A stretch of 64,000 bases of DNA from Cycas panzhihuaensis (lineage: Eukaryota > Plantae > Cycadophyta), in contig CM041465.1 in assembly GCA_023213395.1 (NCBI GenBank), positions 181,791,741 through 181,855,740 on the forward strand, in the 5' to 3' direction. Under the pieces are notes generated by a model that worked only from the letters and a program-made list of their open reading frames with translations, did not search any database and had not been told where the DNA came from. The position numbers and the translations under genes are program-made. How positions within the stretch are numbered: the first letter of the stretch is position 1; every line of letters begins with the position of its first letter. Positions 1 to 13,156 of the stretch are shown here, piece after piece.

Positions 1-150
1 GATCACTTGGCCAAATTTGAGCCCAAATGGGTAAGCCCCTTCATCGTTCTCGAAAGCCTCGATAACAGTGCATATAGGATTGCCACCTTGGAAGGCTTAG
101 AATTTGAGAAAGCAGTCAATGAAAAATTCCTTAAGAAGTTTTATGCGTGA
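1..150 (+). pseudogene. Ty3/gypsy integrase C-terminus (GPY/F region); 5' part lies outside the window
   Basis: Frame 1 reads DHLAKFEPKWVSPFIVLESLDNSAYRIATLEGLEFEKAVNEKFLKKFYA*, matching the Tat/Athila-type KFxPxWxGPF...GAYRxxxLEG...VNxxFLKKFY pattern. Confidence 0.9.
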
Positions 151-689
151 TCTTTCTGCTCTTTTTCTCTGCCATACTCCAAAACGAGCCTAAACTACCA
201 TTTTAAGTTATTTCCATTCCTCCTAACCACGGGTAGAATGGCAATTTAAGATGGATTTTTGCTTTGTCTTCCGATTCCTCCTGCGGAACCCGCATTCCCA
301 TATCCTCTTAGGAACCCTTGTCCTCCTATTTGGGCATTCCCCGACTATGACGACGCTATGGAGTATCGTCACTCCCCTCTCCTGCCTGTTGTTTCCTTCG
401 CATATTCCACTATGCTCCTCTGTGGACGTGTGTGTCACTCTATTTCTAACCTCACACCTCTTGATCACCTCTGCTTATGGTGGATGTATGTGCTCCTGTT
501 AGACATATAGCCATACATGGAAGGAAACACATGCTTATTACAACCAAATATTTACAATAAAATACTTACAACAAAATATATTTACATTTACAACATACAC
601 AAATATTCATCTACAAAAGTAAATCATACATGCTATCTCTATCATACATGATACACACCATTTCATATCAAAATAGGGTTCCAATTACC

Positions 690-839
<150 letters not shown>

Positions 840-1119
840 CAAAATGTCATGGTACATCATGCATGTGGGAAGCCAGGATCCTTGCACGGGGGGTACAATC
901 ATGTGAGCCTACATATGACCCCCTGGAGGCCCGTGCTTTTCTGTCAAAACCATATATATGCACCTCATCTACTACTACTATTTGGATTGCTTACTCTCAT
1001 TCTCGGGTAACCTCATTGCTAGGTCCTCCTACCCTTCTCAGCCACCTTTTTCCTTACCATTCGAGTCTTTTTTTCACTTTCATTGCTATTTGTTTGCTAC
1101 TAGAGCTTAGTATTCATGC

Positions 1120-1584
1120 ATGTCCCTTTTCATTTTTACCGATGGTGGAAGTCACGGCAACCCCGAACCTTCTGCCATTGCGTGGGTTCTTCGCAGCCCC
1201 TCCGGGCATGATTTCTTGCGTTCCAGGGTCTTCCTTCTCGAGGTAACCAATAACGAAGCCGAGTACATGGCCATTATTGAAGCCCTTACTAGTGCTCTCT
1301 GTTTCCATCACGGGTCCATCATGTTGCTTTGTGATTCTTAGGTCGTGGTGTCCCATCTCACCCAGGTCTACCAGGTGCGATGCCCTCACCTGAGAACCCT
1401 CATATCTGCTACCAGGTCTCTTCTAGCTCGTTTCTCGTCAGTGGATATTCAGCATATCCCTAGGCACCTCAATGCTGAGGCTGACAGCCTCGTCTGCCTC
1501 ATCCTTGAGCGTCGCCTCCCTCTTCTAAACAAGCGCCTCGAGGCTTGCACGGTCAACCGTGCCCAAGTCTCTGATTGCTGTTAG
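1120..1584 (+). pseudogene. Additional (archaeal-like) RNase H, aRH, with one in-frame TAG
   Basis: ORFs 1120-1341 and 1345-1584 are in one frame: FTDGGSHGNP...TNNEAEYMAII...CDS*VVVSHL...IQHIPRHLNAEADSL. All four RNase H acidic residues are present. The stop at 1339-1341 is most simply CAG->TAG. Confidence 0.92.
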
Positions 1585-1796
1585 TTAGATGTGCTTGCTC
1601 TATTTGTTGCATGCTCTCCTACTTCACGTTGTACTTTGATGATAGGGGCATCCCCTTTTACTTGCTTATTTCATTTACAGGTCAATGTTTAGGCAGCCAG
1701 CGACCCCTACATTGTCCTCGTCTCCATCTCCCTTGTCCACGTGTTCTGCCATGACACTTGCCTATGCCCTTAGTCCACGTGCTGCTCTTTATTACT

Positions 1797-1799
<3 letters not shown>

Positions 1800-1835
<36 letters not shown>
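1800..1835. repeat. (TA)n microsatellite
   Basis: Direct TA run. Confidence 0.95.
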
Positions 1836-1838
<3 letters not shown>

Positions 1839-1879
1839 TGTGCTACTCATATCTTTGATTGTCAACATTTGCCATCATG

Positions 1880-4488
1880 TTACTCTTACGGTGAGGCTCT
1901 GCGCCGAGGCGGTGTTTCCCGGCTCTTTGGGAATGGACTCGAGATGCATCGACACAGGTTTGTTTAGGTATACTTTCTTACCTTTTCTTGCCCATGCTTA
2001 ATTGAGGTTATTTAGAGTAAGTTGCTTGACATATGCCTGCCTGCATGCATTGCTTTTCTACTTGCTCATAATGCATGTGCTTACGGCACACCATCAGCCT
2101 ATGATGACTCACAGCGGGGGCATTCCTCAGTGAATGCTACACCTCGTATGGTGTACATCCACCCATGTTATCTCCACAGTCTCCTGGGATGTTTCAACCA
2201 GTTCTGTTTGCTCCCATTACAACATTTTGTTTACGTTGCAGTCCTTCCTGAGCTTGATTTAATCCTTAGTTAGGACTCTTTGCATTATTTTGGGTACCTG
2301 CCCATTACCTGGGCATTCCCCCAGCTGCTCCAGCTTATGTTTAGCCTTGGTTTTTATCCTAAAACCTAATGTTTCTGCTCCTTTTTCTCTTTTTTTTTTT
2401 TTGTTTCTAGCCTGATACCACTGTAAACTTAGCGTCTGGGTCTTTCTTTGCGGTACCACATAGTTCTGGTGGTATATTATGAAATTTAAAAGAGAACCAC
2501 GTGACGATTTCCATTTTTTGCGAAACTACTGGCGTGGCATTGATTGATTCAAGTCATACGACATCCCCAACATTCACTGCGTGAGCAGGGGATAAAGGGG
2601 ATTTTGCTCCCCATTTTTTAGATCTTTTGGCCATTTTTCAAATCTCTTAGAAAATTTTCTGACTTTTCAACAAGAAAACACACAGAGAAAGACAATCCAC
2701 ATGCATAGCAACTAGACAAAGGAGAAAAGGATTGCTACCAGCTGGACTTGCAGGGCCATTCTTTGCCCCTCTGACTCTCCACGGAAGCCCCATCCCTCTT
2801 TGCAGGTGCTCAAGGTTCCAAAGGACATTTTTACCTAAAAGCTTCCCAAAGAGCCAACTTCCAAGGCTCCAAGTTTGCAAGGAGTTTTCCACATTTTTAC
2901 TCTTACAAGAACCTCTCATGATCAGTCCTCATACGTTGGTTATTGCTGTTGTTTCCTAGTAGCAAAGTTCATGCTTGATCTTCTTCCTACAAGGTACTTC
3001 TTATTTCTACTTGTAATTTATTTTATTCCTATTTCTTTTGTCTGTTAATGAATGAGATCCTAGTTAGCTAGTTTTTCTCATAGTATTGCACTAGATTAGT
3101 AATACCCTCTCGTTGTTTCTTTAAGGCCTCTCTGTTTTCCTTAAACCATCTCTTTTACCCCTTCCTTGGTTAGCTGGTGCAAAGGAGTAACATACGAGGA
3201 TTTAAGGGAGGTAGGCGAGTTCAATCTCCCATTCTTTGTCCTTCTCTCCAAGGGTTCATCCCTTGTCCTCTTTCCCTTGCCATCGGCACTTTCTTAGGGA
3301 ATGGGCTAAGGGAGTTTAGGGAATTTGGTTGGGGTGTTCAGGTTAGCATAGGCAACCCATCACTACGTCATTGCCAGAAGTCTCACCTGTTAGTGTTGGG
3401 CCCTACGTAAGCCTCAGTTTTTTTTGTTATTCTTTTCCTTGTTACGGTTTATTACCTCACTACTTAGTTGCCAATTAGTTTCTCCTTCCCGAGTTCTGTG
3501 GAGGTCTCCCGTGGGTGAGTTAGCCATCCCGAGGCTATACTCCTTTCCCTTTCGAGTGTCTTCGTGGTGTATGGTGGTGAGAGTATTTCTTACATGTTGC
3601 TATTTTATTTGGTTATATTTTGATGCTTAGCATAGATCTTAGTTCTATTTGATTTCAGTATATATATTTTTGGTATATTTCGTGGCCTCTCTTCCGAGAG
3701 AAAGGTGTTCTTCTCACCCGTTTGTAAGACTCTGCATTGGTGAAGCGACACATGGGACAAACCTATTGCAGGTTAGTTCCCCACATAGTGCATTTCTTTT
3801 TTGGTTTCAAGCTTTTCGTTTCTTTTCGTTTATTTGCTTTTGCATGCTTAAGGGGAGGTAAGTAAACCCCTCTTCTATCACTTCTGGCAACTACTGCCAA
3901 TCGGCATCGCATGCATGACGAACAGAGTAGAAAGGAGCAGGACTTAGAGAGATGAGCTGCACTCCATTTAGGCGCCGGATCCAGGTATTCCCCTTGTTTG
4001 TCGCGTATCCCCTTTTACATTGCTACCTTTCATGCATTTGCCTGTGTAGTTAGGAAATTGTAAAAGACTATAAAAAAGGGAAAAGTGCATTCATTTTTAC
4101 ATTATTTCTTGCTTTAGCTAGTGTAGCATAGCATAGTTAGCTTACTCGCATCGCATTCGAGTTGCCCTCATTGTGCCCTTTCTTGCATTTGCCTGCACAT
4201 TAGTTAGTTGCCCTTCTATTCATTGCCTTCTCTTTGCCTTAAGAAGATGCAACGCGCAAGGGATTCTCTCTCCTTCTCGGCCATCTGAAGGGTGGGAAGG
4301 CCTTGCTTTGCATGGCTACCTGGAAGCAACCAGGCACCTTGCAGTCCCAAATCTGCACTCCAGCATACAGACGCCCTGCGAGGTGAGGTCCTCACTGCCT
4401 AGCTTAGTTAGCATAGCATACTCTTATATCCTTTTGCTAGACGTTGGACACTGCCCCGTAGCGAGCGTTTCACACTTTCTTCCATTAC
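1880..4488 (+). repeat. 3' LTR of element A (5' boundary uncertain)
   Basis: Patchy colinear similarity to 53300-56300 (tgtttc..gctct..gggaatgg, cagcctatgatga, ttagccat..ggcta, agggga.ggtaag..cccct, ccatct.aagggtgggaag). Ends in CA. Confidence 0.65.
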
Positions 4489-4804
4489 AACCTCTCATGG
4501 GTGGGGGAAACAACTCTCTCTTATAAGTTACTAGCCCCATAAGACTTTAACTTGTAAGCTTCCCTTTCTATAAGTTACATTTCTAAACAAACCAAATGTA
4601 CATGAGGACCCCATTTTTATGGGGAAGTTATATTACAGGAACTTCATATTCAAGATAGCTTTTTAAAACCTTATTTTCCTGCAAACCTGGCATCTCATAA
4701 ATTTATTTCTATTGTATGCTTTTGAATGTTTAAATCAATAACCAAATACTATCATCTATAATATAGCTAAAAAATCCATAGTAGTATACCCTAAAGAGAT
4801 AACA
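4489..4804 (+). repeat. 3' end of a family-B LTR (target of the element A insertion)
   Basis: Colinear with 40530-40852 (ataagtta..cccc.taagacttt.acttgtaagct..cctttctataagttacatttctaaa). Ends ...gagataaCA. Confidence 0.8.
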
Positions 4805-5049
4805 TAGGCCTCCTTACTTTGGATCAATCCCCTTGTGCATGATTCAAAGTAAAACTTATTTTGAATTTATTTAAAACATGTGGACTAAACTTATTATTAC
4901 TATAAAAAAAGGTAAAACTATATATAATATAAAATTATTATAAACTCAAATAATAATGGATCAAGATACTACACATTAATAAGTATGGATAATATCTTTA
5001 CATCAAGACCCCTTAAGTTGAAAGCATGATCTACAATCCTCTACATAAT

Positions 5050-7958
5050 CTCTAAAGGTTACTAATTATAAGTTATACAGGTAAAATGGTGAGGCAAGAA
5101 AGTTTCTTTTCCATGTACCAATAGATAGGTGTAATATCCTTTTCTATATAAAAATCCCTCACCCAAAATGTTTGATTTAGACTTTGACTTCAAAGAATTC
5201 CATGCTCTTTTATTAAGAGACTTAGGTCATAATCCACTCTTGAAGTAGAGGTTGATATGTTGGGAGAAGGGATCAAATTCATTAGGGATATTATCTCATA
5301 ATATTAGAATTAATTAATTTACTTACATGCTCTATGAAATTATTTTACAAAAATCTTGTTCCTTCATCAACTTCATCAATTTTGCTCCAAAATCCAATTC
5401 TTGAATTGTTCTTTTAAGAGTTCTTCCTGAGTCACCCCATATTTTCCTATATTATTAGAGTTAGATAGTTATTTAGAATAAACTATGACATTAGGGATTT
5501 CATCTATTTCCAATTGAATTAGACCTTGATCTAAGGCTACATTCTCAAATTTCCCCTTTTTATTTGGTTGTGTTTGGTCATTAGTAGTTATAATGTTAGT
5601 AAGAACTTTATGTTCTTATATAAAAGGAAAAATTATTCATCATCTTGGGAAACTTTCCAATGAATAACATCATTTGATGTAGAGAACCTTCTTATAATTT
5701 GAGATGATCCTTATCCATTGGCAGAACCATGAATTACATCAAGTAAGGAAGGAGTTATATTAGGAGATTAGAAGACCATACCAGCCTTTGCTCCTTTAGA
5801 TATTGCTTTATTAACATGCACCTTCCAAGTTGAATATTTTCTATTCAGATTTGGCTCATATTTTTATTTTTCTATAGTAAGAAGAGTATAAGCTTGAACT
5901 TTAGTTAGGACTATACCTATTCCTAGGCCACTTGGATGTAGGATTAGGTATCTACTCACTCTCTTTAATTTCTAAATGATAATAATAGTATTTTATTCAA
6001 CACTATATAGGCCTACTTACTTAGACTAAGATCTAATCAAGACTATTAAATAATCCAAGAGAAATTTTGGTTCTTAATTATTTTCAAAAGAGACTCTAAA
6101 GACTCCATAATCTTATGCTAGTATTTCTTAATTATCACCTAAATAACTTAGTCAGTTGTTATATAGAATACGTAGGTCATTTATGATTATAACATCAAAT
6201 TCATTTTCTTACTTGACATCTATCATTACTTTCTTAGGTCTTCTTAATGCAACAATGATTTGGGGCTCATTATATTAGGCCTATCTCTTCTAATACTACA
6301 CCTTATTTTTTAGTCTCCTAATAAGTGACTAAATATAAGAATCTATATTTTGAGAGACTACCTGGGCCTCCTTGCTTTGTGGCATTATTGGCTAAGAAGT
6401 GTTCTTACCAAACTTGTTCATCATCCTTTTAAAATTCAATACTAAATCCTTGGCTTAATTCATTATTTATAGGAATCTATATATCACCATCCTTCTAGTT
6501 CCATGGTCCAATACCTTAAGGAATGATTGTCTCATTAGTTGGTCTATGAATAGGGGTTATGGATCTTACTATTCTTTTAAATTGTTCAACAAAGAAAGAA
6601 ATTGTTTCCTTTGAAGTCCTCTTAATAATAGATAGTTCTTTTATTAATTATGCATTGAATTTTAGACTATAATACTTGGGCCTAAAGGCATTCATTAGGC
6701 TCTACCAATTAATTATTGAACCATTAGGTAAGCCCTAAAACTAGTTGGTGGATCTTCCCTCTAATAAATATATAAATATCCTAATGAAAACATCTACATA
6801 GGCAATGCTAAATTTCTTACTCATAAGAGAAAACTACTTAGGATGATTTTCTCTAGTAATAAAACCATCACCAAAAAATTTGGGACATATGTGCCAAGCC
6901 TTTTTTAGCATGTCATGTAGATTATCTTCTTGATCTACTAGATCACTAGTCATCCATGGTAGAAGGTCTTCCTCTTTAATAAGACTTCTATGATTTTGAT
7001 ACATCCCTCTCTAAAACATATTATGGCCATTGTTATTCTTGTTCTTTTTTATTTCTAGATTTTCAAGAGGTTTCTCTCCCTCTTGTTGTGGAAGTTAATA
7101 AACTCTTATACTTTTTGACATACCTACTTGATGGGTCCTTTTATTTCTTATACTAGGGAGTTCAATAAAACCTCCCTATAAGCCCTTATTCTAACCTTTA
7201 TTATAAGGAAAATAACCAAAGAATCTTTATACAAAGAAAGAATACATTATATACATATATACTTTACATATATCTTGGTTGGATTGATCTGGTCCCTAAT
7301 ATGGTTATTAATGATGTTACTACTTTAACTATTCCTTAGGCTCAATCTAAGTTTAATGTTTTGATAATCTATGTGTTTTAAAAGGCTAGTAAAATGAAAG
7401 TGTATAAATATTAGGTAGATTAGACCCAACTAGAGGGTATAATTAACCCTATAAACTAATAATCTACTTAGAGAAAGTATCTTAATCTTTTACTGCATAA
7501 CTCTAATGGCAATATGAGTTAATTTCTTGATCAACTTAAGCTTAACTAGTAGGTAAAGACCTTTAGTGAAGTGATATTTTAGATAGAATAAAATAAGTAA
7601 AATAAAAGGTGTTGGTGTAATGCTAAACTTGTTCATGACAATAACATTTAGATCTTCATAAAATATTTTATTAAGACTAATACATAGAATAGAAAAAAAA
7701 ATTGCATTCCCTAAGTAACTCAAGATTAAGCAATATAATATAAATAACAAAGCTTAGAATACACTTATATAAATATTAATAATAAGTTTTAAGGAAAGAA
7801 TAAGAGAAAATCCATTTTCATTAAAGATTGAGTACTAAAAATTTATCTAGATATCAAAAGGTAATAGATTATTCACTAGTAAACCATTACATAAGGATCA
7901 TAATAGATGAAAGATAAATGGTAATGCTCATTGATTTCTAAAGAGTTAAATTATAATG
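5050..7958 (-). mobile_element. Highly decayed Tat-like gypsy H (gag, spacer, start of protease); probable LTR continues at 35539-~36500
   Basis: Minus-strand 6400-6980 reads CPKFFGDGFITRENHPK*F...AYVDVFIRIFIYLLEGRSTN*F.GLPNGSIINW (retrotransposon gag). It is interrupted at 7959 by copia C, with TSD taatg/caatg. Confidence 0.65.
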
Positions 7959-9042
7959 TGTTGGTAATGTTAACCTATAAAAATATTTAATTGATGTAAA
8001 TCAATGTTGTTAACCCTTTAATGTACACTAGGGGATTATAGTGTGGACACTTCTTCATTGTAATTAGTTTGAAGTATTTCCTCATAAAAAACCAACCTTA
8101 TAGATGTAGACTAACAAATATAAAAGTTGAAATAACATGAGTGTGCAAATAGACCACAAATAAATTAAACATCAAAAGGAGTACTAAAGTACTTTCTATT
8201 CAAAGATAATAAAACTTAACAACCATTATAAGTGATATTAGACCCTTTAAATAGATATGCAAGGGAATATACTCAATCTCTTATAATATAATCATTAGAG
8301 TTTCTAATATTACTTCTTCTTTGATTTCTTCATGGTATCAGAGCATGCTTGCTTAGTTGCCTAAAAAGAACTAAAAGTTATAGTAAGGTTTTAAAGTTAG
8401 AGTAAATCCAAACATCCTAATAAGGTTTCAATCAAAGTAAGATTGACTTAAGACTTAAGGGCAAAACTTTATCTATTAGAAAGTAATTTAGATTATTGCA
8501 TTTATTACCTATACAGACCTATACAGTTACAAAAATCTCAACTTGCTCAAATTAAGATGAAAATTGGTGTGGAGGTTCTTCTTAGAATGAGGATTAATCT
8601 TCCTTTCTAGTATGAATTGATTTGAAGTAATTTCAAGTGCCTTTTATGTAGTTTTTCTATTATGTAGGTTCTTGGAGAAAAATCTAAAATTTCTCTTTAG
8701 ATCTAAGAAAAATCCTAGTAAAATCTACTTAAAATCCTTCTGCTTGTTAGTACTAAATGTTTGGATCCAATCCTTTCATCCTTTCTCAAAAATTTAAAGA
8801 GTTTGAACTAGTTTTTCATTAAAATCCTAACCACCCCTTGTGGTTTTTTGGGCCTATTTTCTCTAAATTTAGAAGGAAATTTTGAAACATAATTTTAGAT
8901 TTGGAATCCTCAGTAGCATATCTATCTTTTGAGATAGTTTTTATTCAATTCAATACACTTTCATTTTTGTATAGAAATCTGTAGAACTGTACAGATAGAC
9001 TCAGTCTTAGACCTCAATTTATCATTTTTCTAGTTCTTGAAG

Positions 9043-12000
9043 ATGGCCTCTACTGTTGTAGCTTTATTAGAATAAGATAAATTAACTCCCTCAAACTACC
9101 ATGTTTGGAAAATCAAAATGAAGACTATTCTAAGAGCTAGAAATACCTAGAAAATAGCCATAGGCATTGAAGAAAAACTAGATGAAGATGACATAGATTT
9201 TCCCAGTTGGAAAGAAAGGAATAATGTAGGTCTAATCACTTTAAAGCTTTCTATATTAGATCCTCTTCTTGTTTATGTAGACAAGTTGAATTCATCTTAA
9301 AAAATATGGTAGTTATTTGAAAATATATATGGACCAAAAAATAAAGCTTGAATCATAGATTTAAAGGAAGATTTATTTAAATTATCTATGAAGGAATTAG
9401 AGACAATTTCAGAATTTCTTTACAAAGTAATTTCAATTAGAAATGACTTAGTGAGTGCAGGAGCCAAAATTAAAGAACTAAATGGTGGTAAGCAAGATAC
9501 TGAGATCATTTAATATGACAATTAATACGAATACTAATAATGATCAAATTAATAATATATCTATTGATACATTGACAGGGTTACTACTGAGATAAGTACA
9601 AAGGAACATGATGTATGAAGATAATTTTGAAATTAAAGATGTATTTATTTCTAAACTTCACCTAGGACCTAGAGGAAGGGGTCAGTTCCATGGACACATC
9701 AGAGCTCCAGATCCATGAAGTATATCTCAAGGAAAAGGACACAACAGTTGTGGTCGAGGATGTAGCATACCTCCCAAAGAAGCAAGAGTGTACTTCAACT
9801 ATAGAAGACCAGATATTACTTTAGTAACTATAGAGCCTTTGATATTTGTTGCTGTTGTAGTTGATCTAGACACTACCCATATCAATGTACATAAAGAAGG
9901 GATTAAATTTAAAAGGGTAAGTAGCCTGCAGGGAACTTGAATAAAGAACAAGACGATAAAGATGAGGAGGAGACTACATTTATTACTATGCTCATAACTA
10001 GCCTTGAAGATGAGAGGGTCTTGTACATTGACTGTGGTGCCTCTAGACATATGACTAGATGAGAGGATTGGTTTAAATTTCTGAAACCCTTCACCTCTTA
10101 TAAGTCTGTTGAATTGGAGGATAAACATCCTCTTAATATTAAAGGAGTTTGAACCATTGCCATTGAGATAAAAGGATGCATTCAAAAAATTAGCCATGTA
10201 CTTTTTATTCTAGGACTAAAAAGGAATCTTCTATCTATTTCTCAGCTAAGAAAAAAAAAGTTGAGAAATTATTTGATGAAAAAGGGTACTGTTATATTCT
10301 TAACATGAAAAAAGGAGCCTTAGTTGCAAAAGGCATAGAAAGTAATGACCTTTATAGGTTACTTTTAAGACTTGTAATTACCAATGAAAAGGAATGTACT
10401 GCAATCAACTCTAATAATAATAAATTATGGCATTTAAAGTATGAGCATATCTCTTCTATCAAAATGATGCAATTACAAAAATCTAAAATGGTTGATTATT
10501 TCTTTAATCTTTCCTTTTAGCATATTATGTGAAAAGGTTATATGCTTGGAAAACAACACCATTTTCCATTCAAAGTAAGTTAATAGTGAGCACAAGGTAA
10601 ATTAGATCTAGTTCACACTGATCTATGTGCTCTCCTCACACCTTACTCAATCAATAATGCTAGGTATTTCATAACTCTCATTGATGATTTCTCCAAAAAA
10701 GCTTGGATTTATTTTCTCTTCTGTAAATGTAAAGTTTTTGAGAAATTTGAAGAATTAAAATCAAAAGCTAAACTGGAGTCTAGAACAAAAATAAAATGCA
10801 TAAGATCAGATGGTGGAGAAGAATATATTTCAAAAGAATTCTTAAATTATTACAAAGGTTATGGGATTTAAAGATAGCTCATAACTCCATATATACCTTA
10901 GTCAAATGGGGTTGCAGAGTGAATGAACAGAATGATCATAGAAATGGCTCAATACATGCTTGAAGAAAATCAAATTTTAAAGACCTTTTGGGCTAAATTA
11001 GTCAGCACAGCTGGATACCTCATAAATAGAAATCCTATAAAGGTTTTGGATCAGATCACTCTAGAGGATTCTAGATAAAAAGTAATCAAAGTTAGACTCC
11101 AAAAGCATTAAATACATAATGGTGGCCTATAGTAAATACTCAAAGGCCTACAAATGTATAGACCCCAAAATAAATAAGGTCTATATAAGTAAAGACATAA
11201 TGTTCAATGAGCTTGATCTCATAAAATACATAGTAGTACAATAGGTGATTGATGAGGCTCTTGAAAGGAATTTTTAAGTACCCATTGAAGAAATTTCTAG
11301 AATCATATCAGAAGACTTAGAAGTAAATGATTCAAAAAGGGTGTCTCAAGAACTATCTATCAATAATGAGGAAGAATCACCTCCTATTGAGACAAGCATA
11401 AGCAATAAAGAAGAAGAAGGTAAAAAAGAAAAAAGGGTATTTAGATGATACCTTAAAACCATTAAAGAAAGAAAAGGTGAAGTATATGACCATATAATAA
11501 GAAGTCAAAAACATCATGCACTTTTTACAAACATGGAGCCATAATCATTTGAAGAAGCTAAAGAATATCAAGAATGGGTAGTTACAATGAATGAAGAAAT
11601 TGAGTCAATCTCCAAAAAGTAAATATGGAAACTGATAGACTTACCTCTAAGAAAACTAGTAGTAACTACAAATGAGTGTTCAAAATCAAAGAAAATGTTG
11701 ATGGAAAAATAAACAAATACAAGGCAAGACTAGTTACCAAATGATACACCCAGACTCATGGGATAGACTACGAAGAAACCATTTTACCAATGGCCATCTA
11801 AACACTGTAAGAATAGTAATAACTCTTGTATCCCAAAATAATAGGAAAGTTTACTAGTTGGATGTAAAAAGTGCCTTATTAACTAGTTATATGGAAGAAG
11901 AAGTTTACATGAAACAGGTTGAGGGTTTTATTTAGGTTGGAAAAGAAAAGTTGGTATGAAAACTAAAAAAGGCACTGCATGGTTTAAAAAAGCTCTAAGA

Positions 12001-13056
12001 GCTTGGTATGCTAAATTAGATAAATATTTAATTCAAAATGGCTTTTTGAGATATAGTTCAAATTCTAACTTGTATACCAAAAAAAGATAAGGATTGATAA
12101 TAGTTATTACTATGTATATGGATGATATGATACTCACTAGAAGTGATATAAAATCAATAGAAAATATAAGGTCACAATTAAAAAGGGACTTTGAGGTGAC
12201 TAATATAGGATTGATGAACTATTACTTAGGAATAGAAGTTGGATAAGAAAAAGAATTAGTCTCCTTATTTCAGAGCAGATACATTAAGAATCTGGTATTT
12301 AGATTTAGGATGGAAGAGAGTGACACCTACATAACTCCCATGGAAGTAGGATGTGATCTTACTTTGGGTGAAGATGAACCCATCATTGATGGAACACTCT
12401 ACATGTAATTAATAGGGAGTCTGATGTGTCTCATAGTAACTAAACCTGACATTTCATATTTAGTGGGCCTAGTTTCAAGGTACATGCAAGATCCCAGGAT
12501 AAGGCACTCAAAAGTAACAAAAAGGATTCTTAGATACCTAAAGGGAATTGCTAATCTAAATCTCATATATCTAGAATAAAAAATAGATGAATTGTTTAGA
12601 TATTATGACTTAAATTAGGCTAGAGATAAGGAAAAATAGAAATCAACAAGAGGGCATTACTTCTTTCTTAGGGCAATAGCAATTTCTTAGAGTCATAAAA
12701 GGTAAGCTACAGTTGCTCTTTCATCCACATAGGTAAAACATAAGTCAATAATCAGTGTAGCTTGTGAAGTAGCTTAGCTTAGATAACTACTTTTAGATCT
12801 AAAACATTAATAAAAGTAATCTCCAACACTATTCTACAATAATCAAAGCACCATCTAGCTAATAAAGAATCCAATTTTGCATGCTTGAACTAAACACATT
12901 GAAGTTCATAATTACTTCATAAGAGAAAAAAAATTAGAAAAAAGAAATTACTTTAATCTATTACTCATCAAATGAATAGATTATAGATATATTAACCAAA
13001 CCTCTCAGTAAAGATAAGTTCATATCCCTTAGGGATAAATTGGGACTAAAAGGATG
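9043..13056 (+). pseudogene. copia gag-pol (gag, PR, IN, RT, RH), many stops and frameshifts
   Basis: MASTVVALLE*DKLTPSNYHVWKIKM (gag), LYIDCGASRHM (PR ~10021), LVHTDLC and RSDGGEEY (IN), YKARLV, LDVKSA and YMDDMILT (RT), TKHIEVHNYFIRE (RH). Confidence 0.92.
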
Positions 13057-13156
13057 AAATTCAAAGAGAGGGTGTTAGAATATAATATTTCATCTAGGAA
13101 TATTATCTTGAGGGTTATATTAAAACACCCTTTATATATCTCTAGACAAGTGTCTA

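Noticed and set aside
2094-2110. cagcctATGATGA conserved in both Tat LTRs (also ~53493) as a snoRNA C box or hammerhead core
   Set aside because: No suitably placed D box or terminal stem, and no CTGANGA/GAAA hammerhead stems were found by eye. An Infernal/Rfam scan would settle it.
2647-4526. Several 68-117 aa ORFs in the LTR of A
   Set aside because: No recognisable domains, and no evident protein-level conservation in the related LTR at 53296-56395.
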